A stretch of DNA of 41,928 nt from Gemmatimonadota bacterium (GTDB taxonomy: Bacteria > Gemmatimonadota > Gemmatimonadetes > Gemmatimonadales > GWC2-71-9). The stretch covers positions 9,111 to 51,038 of the forward strand of contig JBMOPM010000173.1 in assembly GCA_049323575.1 (NCBI GenBank), given 5' to 3'. The position numbers and the translations under genes are program-made. Under the pieces are notes generated by a model, which worked only from the letters and a program-made list of their open reading frames with translations, did no database searches and was not told where the DNA came from. Shown piece after piece: positions 8,031 through 16,822 of this stretch (position 1 is the stretch's first letter; every line of letters starts with the position of its first letter).

Positions 8031-8860
8031 TGCCCCGCCTGGTCGCGATCTACCGGAGTCCGACGTACTCCCCGGCACAGCATGCCTGCAACGACACCGA
8101 GATCATGAATGAGACGGTGCGGCGCCTGATACGACGAGGCTGGCAGGCCACCCGCATCGGCGAGGCGGACGTCGAGGCCGGCCGGATCCCCGCCGCCGAT
8201 CTCTACCTCACCATGTGTCAGGGCGCGGCGGCCGCGGAGCGCTTGCTGCCGCTCGAGGTCTCCGGCGCGCTGGTGATCAACCGGCCGTCCAGCATCCTGA
8301 ACTGCCACCGTCACCGGCTGGTGCCGGCCCTGGCGGACACCGGCATCCCGTTCCCTCGCACGCTCATCGTGCCGACAGCGGCCGAAAGCGCGATCGCGGG
8401 GCTGGCGTTCGATCGTCCGCTCTGGCTCAAGCGGGGAGATGTGCATGCCGAGCGCGCCGACGATGTCGTGATGCTGAGCAACGGCGGCCTCGAATCCGCG
8501 CTTCGCGCGTTCGCGGCGCGGGGCATCGCGCGCGCGGCACTCCAGGAGCACGTGGACGGCCCGGTGGTCAAGTTCTACGGCGTAGCCGATGGCTCGCTGT
8601 TCCACGCCTTCCTGCCCGACGGCCGCGATACCCTGGGCGCCGACGTGGTGGACCTCGCGGCCCTCCGCGACCTCGCCTTCTCCGCCGCACGGCAACTGGG
8701 ACTCGACGTCTTCGGCGGCGATGCCGCCGTGCCGGCGCCCGACCGCCCGGTGCTCATCGATCTCAACGACTGGCCCAGCTTCGCGCCGATCCGCCTGCGG
8801 GCGGCGGACGCGATCAGTGCCTACGTCGACATCACCTATCGTTGCGGGAGACCTGCGTGA
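8030..8860 (+). CDS. ATP-grasp-fold protein (ligase or kinase; specificity unknown)
   Basis: The ATG at 8030 shares its A with the upstream TGA (TGATG). 276 aa. Architecture by eye is a pre-ATP-grasp N-domain, then IPFPRT...PLWLKRGDVH...QEHVDGPVVKFYGV...VLIDLNDWPSF, matching the ATP-grasp central and C-terminal strand pattern. The assignment is by pattern only. Confidence 0.5.
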   Translation: MPRLVAIYRSPTYSPAQHACNDTEIMNETVRRLIRRGWQATRIGEADVEAGRIPAADLYLTMCQGAAAAERLLPLEVSGALVINRPSSILNCHRHRLVPALADTGIPFPRTLIVPTAAESAIAGLAFDRPLWLKRGDVHAERADDVVMLSNGGLESALRAFAARGIARAALQEHVDGPVVKFYGVADGSLFHAFLPDGRDTLGADVVDLAALRDLAFSAARQLGLDVFGGDAAVPAPDRPVLIDLNDWPSFAPIRLRAADAISAYVDITYRCGRPA

Positions 8861-10197
8861 CCACCGTCAGTCCTGTGCAGCGCACGCTGCCCGGCCCCCG
8901 GTCGCTGGCCACCTTCGCCGAGGAGGCGGAGTTCCTGGCGCCTGGCACCCAGAGCGTAGCCCTCTTCAGCCGGTTGTGCATGGACCGGGGCGAAGGCGCC
9001 ATCCTCTACGACATCGATGGCAACCGCTATATCGACCTGCTGGCCGGCGTCTGCGTCGCGAGCCTGGGGTACGGCCACCCCCGTTACGTGGCCGCGCTGC
9101 AGCAGCAGGTGGCCCGGCTCCACGTGGGCAGCTTCACGACGGCGCACCGGGCCGAGCTGGTACGGCTCATCGCCAGCATCACACCGGGCGACCTGAACCG
9201 CACCCAGTTCTACTCCAGCGGCGCCGAGGCGGTAGAGGCCGCGCTGCGACTGGCGAAGTCGTTCACGAAGAAGACCGAGATCGTGGGCTTCTGGGGCGGC
9301 TATCACGGCAAGACCGGCGGCGGCGTGCTGCCGCTGCTGGGCGGCACCTTCAAGCACGCGCTCGGGCCGCTCATGCCCGGCGAGTACCTGAGCCCCTTCG
9401 CCAGTTGCGCCCGTTGCGCCTTCGATCAGTCGTTCCCGTCGTGCGAGTGGCACTGCGTCGAGTTCCTCAAGCGGAAGATCGAGCTGGAGACGACCAACAA
9501 CGTCGCCGCCATCATCGTGGAGCCGATCCAGGGCACCGCGGGCAACGTCGTACCGCCGCCAGGCTACCTGCGCGTCCTGCGCCAGGTGGCCGACGACCTC
9601 GGCGCGCTCCTCATCTGCGACGAGATGATCACCGGCTTCGGGCGCACCGGGCGCATGTTCGGGGTGGAGCACGACGGCGTGGTGCCGGACATCATGACCG
9701 TGGGCAAGGCCTTCGGCGGCGGCTTCCCCATGAGCGGCGTGATCGCGAGCGAGCGGGTGGCGTTCGCCCAGCCCTGGGCCAACCCGAGCGGCAGCTCGTC
9801 CAGCTACGGGGGCAACCCGCTCGCGGCGGCGGCCGCGCTGGCGGCCATCCGGATCACGATCGACGAGGATCTCCCGGCCCGCGCCCATCGCGTGGGCGAG
9901 ACGATGCTCGCTGAAATGCGGCGCTGGGAGCGCGAGATCCCCATCGTGCGCGATGTGCGCGGCCGCGGGCTGATGATCGGCATGGACCTGGTCAAGCCCG
10001 GCACCCGGCAGCTGCTGGACAAGGCGACGACCCGCTGGATCTTCGACACCCTGCTCTCGCGGGGCGTGCTCGCGATGATCTACCACCCGGAGGTACGGAT
10101 CAATCCGCCGCTCGTCATCAGCGAAGCGGAGGCCCTGGAAGCGCTGTCGATCATGGAGGGAGTGCTGCGTGACGCCTGCGACCGGCTCATTTCATAA
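8857..10197 (+). CDS. Class-III (omega) PLP-dependent aminotransferase
   Basis: The GTG at 8857 overlaps the upstream stop (GTGA) and follows GGGAG. Motifs are LLAGVCVASLGYGHP, GGYHGKT, ICDEMITGFGRTGRMFGVEHDGVVPDIMTVGKAFGGGFPMSG (catalytic Lys in TVGK) and the terminal INPPLVIS. Confidence 0.85.
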   Translation: MTTVSPVQRTLPGPRSLATFAEEAEFLAPGTQSVALFSRLCMDRGEGAILYDIDGNRYIDLLAGVCVASLGYGHPRYVAALQQQVARLHVGSFTTAHRAELVRLIASITPGDLNRTQFYSSGAEAVEAALRLAKSFTKKTEIVGFWGGYHGKTGGGVLPLLGGTFKHALGPLMPGEYLSPFASCARCAFDQSFPSCEWHCVEFLKRKIELETTNNVAAIIVEPIQGTAGNVVPPPGYLRVLRQVADDLGALLICDEMITGFGRTGRMFGVEHDGVVPDIMTVGKAFGGGFPMSGVIASERVAFAQPWANPSGSSSSYGGNPLAAAAALAAIRITIDEDLPARAHRVGETMLAEMRRWEREIPIVRDVRGRGLMIGMDLVKPGTRQLLDKATTRWIFDTLLSRGVLAMIYHPEVRINPPLVISEAEALEALSIMEGVLRDACDRLIS

Positions 10198-11065
10198 GGG
10201 CGACGTCGTCGAGGAGTGGATCGATCTCCACTTCTACCGGCCACTGGGCCTCCGTGTGGCCCGAGCGCTCCGGCCGACGCCGCTCAGCGCCGATCACGTC
10301 ACCATCCTGGCCGTCGCGATCGGCCTCGTGGCCGGCCGGCTCTGCTTCTACGACTCCTGGCGGCTCAATCTGCTCGGCTTCGGCCTGTTCGTGGTGTCCG
10401 ACATCTTCGACAGCGCGGACGGCCAGTTGGCCCGCATGCGCGGCACCTCCACCCGCTTCGGCCGAGTGCTCGACGGCGCGGGTGACTCGATCCGGTTCGT
10501 GAATCTGTTTCTCCAGCTCGCGCTCCGTGTGACCGCGGGCGGCGGTCGCTGGACCGTGTGGGTGCTCGCCGCGGCCGCCGGGTGGACCGCGTCGATCCAG
10601 GCGAATGCCATCGATTTCATGCGGCAGGCCTGGTCGTGGCTCACCGGAGGCGGCGCCGGCGAGCTCGACTTGCCGGAGGATGTCGACCGGCTGCCGGCAC
10701 GTACCGCGCTCGAACGCCTGCAGCGCGCGACCTATCGCGACTACGTGAACCGTCAGGTCCGTCTGCTGCCCCATACGGCCGAGCTGGTGCGCCGCATGCG
10801 TTCCGGCAACGCGCCGCCCGATATGGCCCGGTGGTGGGCCGAACGCCAGGAGCGCACCATCCGCCGCTGCGCCTGGGTGGGCCAGAACCTCCGGATCTTC
10901 CTGGTGGCGCTGACGGTCGTCCCGGGCTGGGTGACCGGGTACTTCTGGGTGCAGCTCATCCCGATGAACCTCATCCTGATCGCGCTCGTCCGCGACCACG
11001 AGCGCACTGCCGCCGAGTGTGCCCGCCCGCTGGGCGAACCGCTGTCGGTGGCGGGAGTGGCCTGA
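10169..11065 (+). CDS. CDP-alcohol phosphatidyltransferase-family membrane enzyme
   Basis: Contains the family signature D-x2-DG-x2-AR-x8-G-x3-D-x3-D as DSADGQLARMRGTSTRFGRVLDGAGDSIRF. Multiple TM segments and a ~120-aa C-terminal extension. The GTG start at 10169 (29-nt overlap with the upstream gene) is uncertain. Confidence 0.8.
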   Translation: MTPATGSFHKGDVVEEWIDLHFYRPLGLRVARALRPTPLSADHVTILAVAIGLVAGRLCFYDSWRLNLLGFGLFVVSDIFDSADGQLARMRGTSTRFGRVLDGAGDSIRFVNLFLQLALRVTAGGGRWTVWVLAAAAGWTASIQANAIDFMRQAWSWLTGGGAGELDLPEDVDRLPARTALERLQRATYRDYVNRQVRLLPHTAELVRRMRSGNAPPDMARWWAERQERTIRRCAWVGQNLRIFLVALTVVPGWVTGYFWVQLIPMNLILIALVRDHERTAAECARPLGEPLSVAGVA

Positions 11066-11066
11066 C

Positions 11067-12071
11067 ATGCCACCGCGCCGGGGCGTCATCGTCGGCGCCG
11101 GCGGCATCGCGCGCCGTTCGCACCTGCCCGCCTATCGCTCGGGCGATGGGGTCGCGCATCGGCTCCGCATCGTCGCCGCCATCGATCCTGCGGCGCGAAC
11201 CGGTGACCTCGACGGCATTCCGATCGTCGCCAGCCCGCGCGACCTTGCGTCGTTCGACCCGATCGACTTCGTGGACATCTGCACGCCCACGGCATCGCAC
11301 TACGAGCTGACGCTGTCGGCGCTCGAGGCCGGGCGCCACGTGCTCTGCGAGAAGCCGGTGGCCGTCACCCGGGCCGAGGCCGCCCGGCTCACCGCGACCG
11401 CCCGGGCCTCGGGGCGCGTGCTCATGCCCTGCCACCAGTACCGCAACAATCCGGCGTGGCAGCAGCTCCGGACCTGGCTCGAGGCGGGCGCGATCGGCCG
11501 GTGGCATCTGGCCGAGTTTCACGTCTTCCGCACCGAGGCCGACCGCGGCGCGCATACCATGGGCGTACCCTGGCGCGGACGCCAGGCCGAGAGCCGGGGC
11601 GGCGTGATGCTCGACCACGGGACGCATCTGTTCTATCAGCTGGTCGACGTGGCTGGCATGCCCAGGAGCGTACAGGCCCATACCGCGCGTCTCGGGCACG
11701 CCGGCTACGACGTGGAGGACACCGCGCACGTCGTGCTCGATTTCGGTGATCGGCTCGGCGTGCTGTTCCTCACGTCGGCCGCGCGCGAGCGGGACACCCG
11801 GATCCGCTTCATCGGCGAAGACGGTGCGATCGAATGGATCGGCGGCCGGCTCGAGCGCCGCGGGCGACACGGCACCGAATCGATCGACTTCTCGGCCGAG
11901 CTGGACAAGGCGGCCTACTACCGGTGGTTCGCAGCGCTGTTCCATCGGTTTGCCGATGCGATGGACACGGGCGACGCCGAAGCCGGGCTCGAGGACATCA
12001 TGCGCGTGGCCACACTGCTCGAGACGGCCTACGCCTCCGCGGGCGAGGGCTGCCGCGTGCCGGTGGCATGA
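11067..12071 (+). CDS. Gfo/Idh/MocA-family NAD(P)-dependent oxidoreductase
   Basis: The ATG at 11067 lies one nt after the upstream stop and follows GGGAG. Rossmann N-terminus RRGVIVGAGGIARRSHLPAY and the conserved CEKPVA motif. 334 aa. Confidence 0.8.
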   Translation: MPPRRGVIVGAGGIARRSHLPAYRSGDGVAHRLRIVAAIDPAARTGDLDGIPIVASPRDLASFDPIDFVDICTPTASHYELTLSALEAGRHVLCEKPVAVTRAEAARLTATARASGRVLMPCHQYRNNPAWQQLRTWLEAGAIGRWHLAEFHVFRTEADRGAHTMGVPWRGRQAESRGGVMLDHGTHLFYQLVDVAGMPRSVQAHTARLGHAGYDVEDTAHVVLDFGDRLGVLFLTSAARERDTRIRFIGEDGAIEWIGGRLERRGRHGTESIDFSAELDKAAYYRWFAALFHRFADAMDTGDAEAGLEDIMRVATLLETAYASAGEGCRVPVA

Positions 12072-13081
12072 GCGCGCGCATCCGGCTGTTCGGGTTCCTG
12101 ATCGGGACGGCGCTGACGGCCGCCATCATCATTCAGAGTGGTCCCGCTCGCCTGCTCGCCAGCATCCGCGCGGCAGGCTGGGTCGTCCTGCCGCTCGTGG
12201 CCCTCTGGGGTGTGGTCTACCTGTGCAACGCGCGCGCCTGGCAGCTCCTCACTCGAGGCGGTGGATCGTCGCTGCCGTTCGGCCGCGCCTGGCTGATCAC
12301 CGTCGTTGCCTTCGCCATCAACTACGGCACCCCGTTCGTGGGACTGGGCGGGGAGCCGATCAAGATCGCGGCGGCCGCGCCGTGGCTGGGCCCGGACCGC
12401 GCCGCGGGCACGGCCGTGGGCTACCGGCTGCTCCACGCGCTCTCCCAGGTCCTGGTGTTCATCGCAACGCTGGTGCCCGCGGCCATCCTGCTGCCGCACA
12501 CCTGGGCGATGGCCGCAGGCATCGGCGTGACCGCCGTGTGCCTCGCCGCCATCGCCTGGTTCCTCCTGGCGCGCCACCGCGCTGGCCTGCTCGAGGCCGG
12601 GGTCGACGGACTCCTGCGTTTGCCCTTTACTCGCCGCTTCCGCAACCACCTCGAACGCTGGCAACCGCGACTGCGCGAGCTGGATCACGAAATCACGGCC
12701 ATTCACCGCGAGGATCCGGCCCGCTTCCGGCACGCGCTCGGGATCGAGACCGCCGGCCGCGTCCTGTCCACGCTCGAGTTCGCGGTCATCCTGGTGGGTC
12801 TCGGTCGGCCGGGCAACGTGTGGCAGGCACTCGTGATCGCGAACTTCTCCTCGCTCGTGATCAACCTGCTGTTCTTCCTGCCGTTCGAGCTTGGCGCGAA
12901 GGAAGGCGGCGTCTACGTGATGTTCCAGTGGCTGGGGCTCGACCCCGCGCTGGGCGCGGCGGCGGCGCTCCTGAGCCGCGTCCGCGAACTGGTGTGGATG
13001 GGGCTGGGGATCGCTGGCTTGCTGCTGCTCAGGAGACGGGCACCGGGCCAAGGGCCGGATGCGGAATGCCGTATCCGGTGA
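12068..13081 (+). CDS. Flippase-like / lysylphosphatidylglycerol-synthase-TM-region-like integral membrane protein
   Basis: The ATG at 12068 overlaps the upstream stop (ATGA). 337 aa, about 8 TM segments. The N-terminus MSARIRLFGFLIGTALTAAIII and the GLGGEPIK motif are typical of the UPF0104/LPG_synthase_TM family. Confidence 0.65.
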   Translation: MSARIRLFGFLIGTALTAAIIIQSGPARLLASIRAAGWVVLPLVALWGVVYLCNARAWQLLTRGGGSSLPFGRAWLITVVAFAINYGTPFVGLGGEPIKIAAAAPWLGPDRAAGTAVGYRLLHALSQVLVFIATLVPAAILLPHTWAMAAGIGVTAVCLAAIAWFLLARHRAGLLEAGVDGLLRLPFTRRFRNHLERWQPRLRELDHEITAIHREDPARFRHALGIETAGRVLSTLEFAVILVGLGRPGNVWQALVIANFSSLVINLLFFLPFELGAKEGGVYVMFQWLGLDPALGAAAALLSRVRELVWMGLGIAGLLLLRRRAPGQGPDAECRIR

Positions 13082-13086
13082 CCCGC

Positions 13087-14022
13087 CTAATCCTCGCCGT
13101 CCAGCCAATCCCGCGGTCGCAGCATCGCCATCAGCTCCTGCTCGAACGAGCCCGGCTCGAAGACCGGGTCGTAGTCCCACATCGCCACGGGCGGCAGGCT
13201 CATCAGCACGCTCTCGATCCGCGCATTGGTCTGGAGGCCGAAGAGCGTGCCGCGATCATGCACGAGGTTGAACTCGACATAGCGGCCGCGGCGCAGCAAC
13301 TGGAGACGGCGCTCGCGCTCGCCCCAGGCCGCGTCGCGGCGGCGCTCCACGATGGGCCCGTAGGCGTCCGGGAGCACGCGTCCCACGTCCCGCACGAAGG
13401 CGAAGAGCTGCTCGGCATCCAGCGCGGTCTCCCTGCCGGGCCTGAGGTTGTCGAAGAAGATCCCGCCGATGCCGCGTGCCTCGTGGCCGCGGTGGGCATT
13501 GACGAAGTACTGATCGCACCACGCCTTGAACCGGGGATAGAAGGCCCGGTCGTGGGCATCGCAGAGGTTCCGCAGCACGCGGTGAAAGTGCACGGCGTCA
13601 TCGGGGAACGGATAGTACGGCGTGAGGTCGGTGCCGCCCCCGAACCAGCGATCGAGCACGATACCGTCGGGCGCCGCGATCTCGAAGCAGCGGACGTTGA
13701 GATGGACTGTGGGCACCATGGGACTCCGGGGATGGAGCACGACCGATACGCCCGTCGCATGGAAGCGGAGGCCCGCGCTGACCGGCACCACCGCGCCGAG
13801 CCGCCGGGCGTGGTGGGCGTCGATGGCCCCCTCCACCGCCGAGCGGTTGACGCCCGCCTTTTCGAAGGTAGCGCCCTCGGTGAGCACCCGCGTCACACCG
13901 CCACCGCCGCCCGGCCGCTGCCAGCAATCCTCGCGGAAGCGCTTCCCGCGATCCAGCCGCTCGACGAACGTGGTGATTTCGTCGTGCAGGTCGGACATGA
14001 ACGCTTCCACCCGCTCACGCAT
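13087..14022 (-). CDS. hemF: Oxygen-dependent coproporphyrinogen III oxidase
   Basis: The ATG at 14022 gives MRERVEAFM. Diagnostic stretches are WQRPGGGGGVTRVL, FEKAGVN, LHPRSPMVPTVHLNVR, WFGGGTDLTPYYP and ARGIGGIFFDNL. Confidence 0.9.
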   Translation of the reverse strand: MRERVEAFMSDLHDEITTFVERLDRGKRFREDCWQRPGGGGGVTRVLTEGATFEKAGVNRSAVEGAIDAHHARRLGAVVPVSAGLRFHATGVSVVLHPRSPMVPTVHLNVRCFEIAAPDGIVLDRWFGGGTDLTPYYPFPDDAVHFHRVLRNLCDAHDRAFYPRFKAWCDQYFVNAHRGHEARGIGGIFFDNLRPGRETALDAEQLFAFVRDVGRVLPDAYGPIVERRRDAAWGERERRLQLLRRGRYVEFNLVHDRGTLFGLQTNARIESVLMSLPPVAMWDYDPVFEPGSFEQELMAMLRPRDWLDGED

Positions 14023-15067
14023 CGCCGGCCCCTCCGCGCTCGGCACGCCACTCCCGCACCGCGTCGATGAACGCCCGCGCGTGGTCCACCGGCACGTCCG
14101 GGAGAATGCCGTGCCCGAGATTGGCGATGTGGCGCTGGCCGCCGAACGCGGCGAGCATCGCGTGCGTGCGCTCGCGGATGAGGCCGGGCTCGCCATAGAG
14201 CCAGCAGGGATCCAGGTTCCCCTGCAGCGCCACGTCGAACGCCTCGAGCCTGCGGCGTGCATGGGCCGCATCGGTCTGCCAGTCGATGCCCACCACGTCG
14301 GCGCCCGTGGCCCGCACGATCTCCTCCAGCGCCCATCCCGCGCCCGGCGCGAACACGATCACGGGCACGCCCGCCCCCGCCGCCGCCTGCGCTGCCCGGG
14401 CCAGATACGGCAAGGCGAACTCACGGAAATCCCGGGGACCGAGGGCGCCGGCCCACGATTCGAAGAGCTGCACGGCCTCGGCCCCCGCGGCCACCTGCGC
14501 CGCGAGAAAGTCGCCCACCGCGCGGGCGACACGGTTGAGCAGCCGGTGCATGCGCGCCCGGTCCTCTACCAGGAGGCGCTTCGTGCGGTTGAAGTTCTTC
14601 GAGCCGCCGCCCTCGATCATGTAACACGCCAGGGTCCACGGCCCGCCCGCGAACCCGATGAGCGGCACCCGTCCGCGCAGCTCGCGGCGGCACAGCCGGA
14701 TCGCCTCGAGCACGTGGCCCAGACCCTCCTCGGGCGGCCGATCGACCAGGGCCTCGAAGTCGGCTGGCGTCCGGAGCGGACGGGTGAACCGGGGCCCCAC
14801 GCCGTCGTCCACCGTGAGCTCCATGCCCATCGCCTGCGGCACCACGAGGATGTCGCTGAAGATGATGGCCGCGTCCACCTGGAGGATGTCTACCGGCTGC
14901 AGCGTCACCTCCACCGCCAGCTCCGGAGTGCGTACCATCGTGAGGAAATCGGCGCGGGCGCGCACGGCACGATACTCGGGCAGGTATCGCCCCGCCTGGC
15001 GCATCATCCACACTGGCGGACGCTCCACCGGCTCGCGCCGACAGGCGCGCAGAAAGAGATCGTTCAT
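14015..15067 (-). CDS. hemE: Uroporphyrinogen decarboxylase
   Basis: 350 aa. The N-terminal PVWMMRQAGRYLPEYR motif and overall length are typical of HemE. Confidence 0.95.
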   Translation of the reverse strand: MNDLFLRACRREPVERPPVWMMRQAGRYLPEYRAVRARADFLTMVRTPELAVEVTLQPVDILQVDAAIIFSDILVVPQAMGMELTVDDGVGPRFTRPLRTPADFEALVDRPPEEGLGHVLEAIRLCRRELRGRVPLIGFAGGPWTLACYMIEGGGSKNFNRTKRLLVEDRARMHRLLNRVARAVGDFLAAQVAAGAEAVQLFESWAGALGPRDFREFALPYLARAAQAAAGAGVPVIVFAPGAGWALEEIVRATGADVVGIDWQTDAAHARRRLEAFDVALQGNLDPCWLYGEPGLIRERTHAMLAAFGGQRHIANLGHGILPDVPVDHARAFIDAVREWRAERGGAGDA

Positions 15068-15112
15068 TCGAGCACGGAAAGAGGGTACGGCACGGAGGAG
15101 CGACGCGTGCCC

Positions 15113-15835
15113 CTAGAGCAGATCATCAACGGCTCGGGCCACCGCGCTGGCCGACACCTCCTCGGCCACCGCGTCCGCCATCCAGCCCACCTTGACGGCG
15201 GCCGCGGCCGTGGTGGGGCCGATCACCACCAGGAGCGGACGGTCCGCCGGCACCGCGCGACCGAGCAGCTCCATGACGCGCGGGCTGCCCACGACGAGCA
15301 CCTCACCGGCCCGGGCCGCGGCCAGCGCCTCCGCGTCCGCGGCCAGAAAGGCGTGGTAGCAGACCACCTCGTCCACCATGATGCCGGCCGCGCGGAGCAC
15401 CCGCGGCAGTTCCTCTCGATGCACGTCACCCGTGGGGAAGAGCACCGGCCCCGCGAGACCGGCGGCCAGCATCGCAGCCGCGAGGTCCCGCGCCGCCCCC
15501 TCGCCCGTAGCGACGTCGGGAATCCGTACCCGGCCGGGCCAGGCCGGTCCGAGCGCCGCGCGGGTGGCCTCCCCCGAAGCCCACGCCTGCCGGATGTACG
15601 GCGTGATACCGCGGGCGAGCAGCCGAAGGGCGAAGGAGCGGGCCGCGCGCGGCGAGGTGAACACCACGGCGTCGTAGGCGGCCAGACGGCCGATCGCCGC
15701 GTCCACCGGCCCCCAGTCCGGCGGCTCGCCGAAGCGGATGAGCGGCTGCTCCAGCACCCGCACACCCGCCGGGCGGAGTTCCTCCGCCAGCCCGGCGAGC
15801 GATCCGCGCCCGAGGGTCACGACCACGGTCGTCAT
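15113..15835 (-). CDS. hemD: Uroporphyrinogen-III synthase
   Basis: 240 aa. It sits between hemC and hemE and has HemD-like segments (AVVFTSPRAARSF, VIGPTTAAAA). Confidence 0.8.
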   Translation of the reverse strand: MTTVVVTLGRGSLAGLAEELRPAGVRVLEQPLIRFGEPPDWGPVDAAIGRLAAYDAVVFTSPRAARSFALRLLARGITPYIRQAWASGEATRAALGPAWPGRVRIPDVATGEGAARDLAAAMLAAGLAGPVLFPTGDVHREELPRVLRAAGIMVDEVVCYHAFLAADAEALAAARAGEVLVVGSPRVMELLGRAVPADRPLLVVIGPTTAAAAVKVGWMADAVAEEVSASAVARAVDDLL

Positions 15836-15844
15836 GCGCCGCCC

Positions 15845-16822
15845 TCAGGACCACGGAGCGGCCCGCTGCGTCTTGAGGTCATGGAGAATCCGGTCCGCGC
15901 CGCGAGCGAGCAGTGTCTCCGCCGCCGCCTCGCCGAACGCCGTCGCATCGTCTCCGTCATCGACGACCCCCTCAGCATCGACATCGGCCGCGCGGGTCCC
16001 GTCCACGGAGACCGCGTTTCCGCGCAGCCGCAGCAACCAGCCTTTCGCGGCCTGCCGCACCTCGGCAAGCGCACCGATCGGCACCGAGCACCCGCCTTCG
16101 AGGCGGCGGAGCAGCGCACGCTCCGCCGTCACCGCGACTGCGGTGCCCTCGTCGTGGACCGCCTCGCGCGCAGCCGCCAGCACCAGAGCGTCGTCGGCGC
16201 GAGCCGTCACCGCCAACGCGCCCTGCCCCGGCGCGGGCAGCATCACATCCAGCGGCATCCGTTCGCCGATGCGCGCCGCGAAGCCCAGGCGCACGAGGCC
16301 CGCGGTGGCCAGGACCGTCGCCGCCCACTCGGGCGAGGCGTCCAGCCGGGCCAGTCGCGTGTCCACGTTGCCGCGGATGTCGACGACGGTCAGATCGGGC
16401 CGAGCCCGCTTGAGCTGCGCCCGGCGGCGCAGACTGCTCGTAGCGATGATGGCACGCGGCGGCACATCGCGCCAGAGGAGGGGGTGGCGTCCCACCAGGG
16501 CGTCGCGCGGGTCCTCGCGTGAACTCACGGCCGCGAGCCGGATGCCCGGCGGGAGAACCGTGGGCAGGTCCTTGAGCGAATGGACGGCAAGGTCGATGTG
16601 ACCCGCGAGCATGGTCTCGTCGAGCTGGCGAGTGAAGAACGCGACGCCTCCCACGGCGGCCAGCGGGATATCCTGGATCACATCGCCGGTGGTGGTGATC
16701 TCGACTCGCTCTGTGGCGTACCCGCGCTCCGCCAGCAGCGCTCGGACCCGTTCGGTCTGCCACAGTGCCAGCGCGCTCGCCCGCGTGCCCACCCGCAGGA
16801 CCCGCGACGCGGCCGTACTCAT
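15845..16822 (-). CDS. hemC: Hydroxymethylbilane synthase (porphobilinogen deaminase)
   Basis: The ATG at 16822 overlaps the hemY stop. Motifs LRVGTRASALALWQ, TTGD, AVHSLKDLP, RGNVDTRL and GGCSVPIG. Confidence 0.95.
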   Translation of the reverse strand: MSTAASRVLRVGTRASALALWQTERVRALLAERGYATERVEITTTGDVIQDIPLAAVGGVAFFTRQLDETMLAGHIDLAVHSLKDLPTVLPPGIRLAAVSSREDPRDALVGRHPLLWRDVPPRAIIATSSLRRRAQLKRARPDLTVVDIRGNVDTRLARLDASPEWAATVLATAGLVRLGFAARIGERMPLDVMLPAPGQGALAVTARADDALVLAAAREAVHDEGTAVAVTAERALLRRLEGGCSVPIGALAEVRQAAKGWLLRLRGNAVSVDGTRAADVDAEGVVDDGDDATAFGEAAAETLLARGADRILHDLKTQRAAPWS

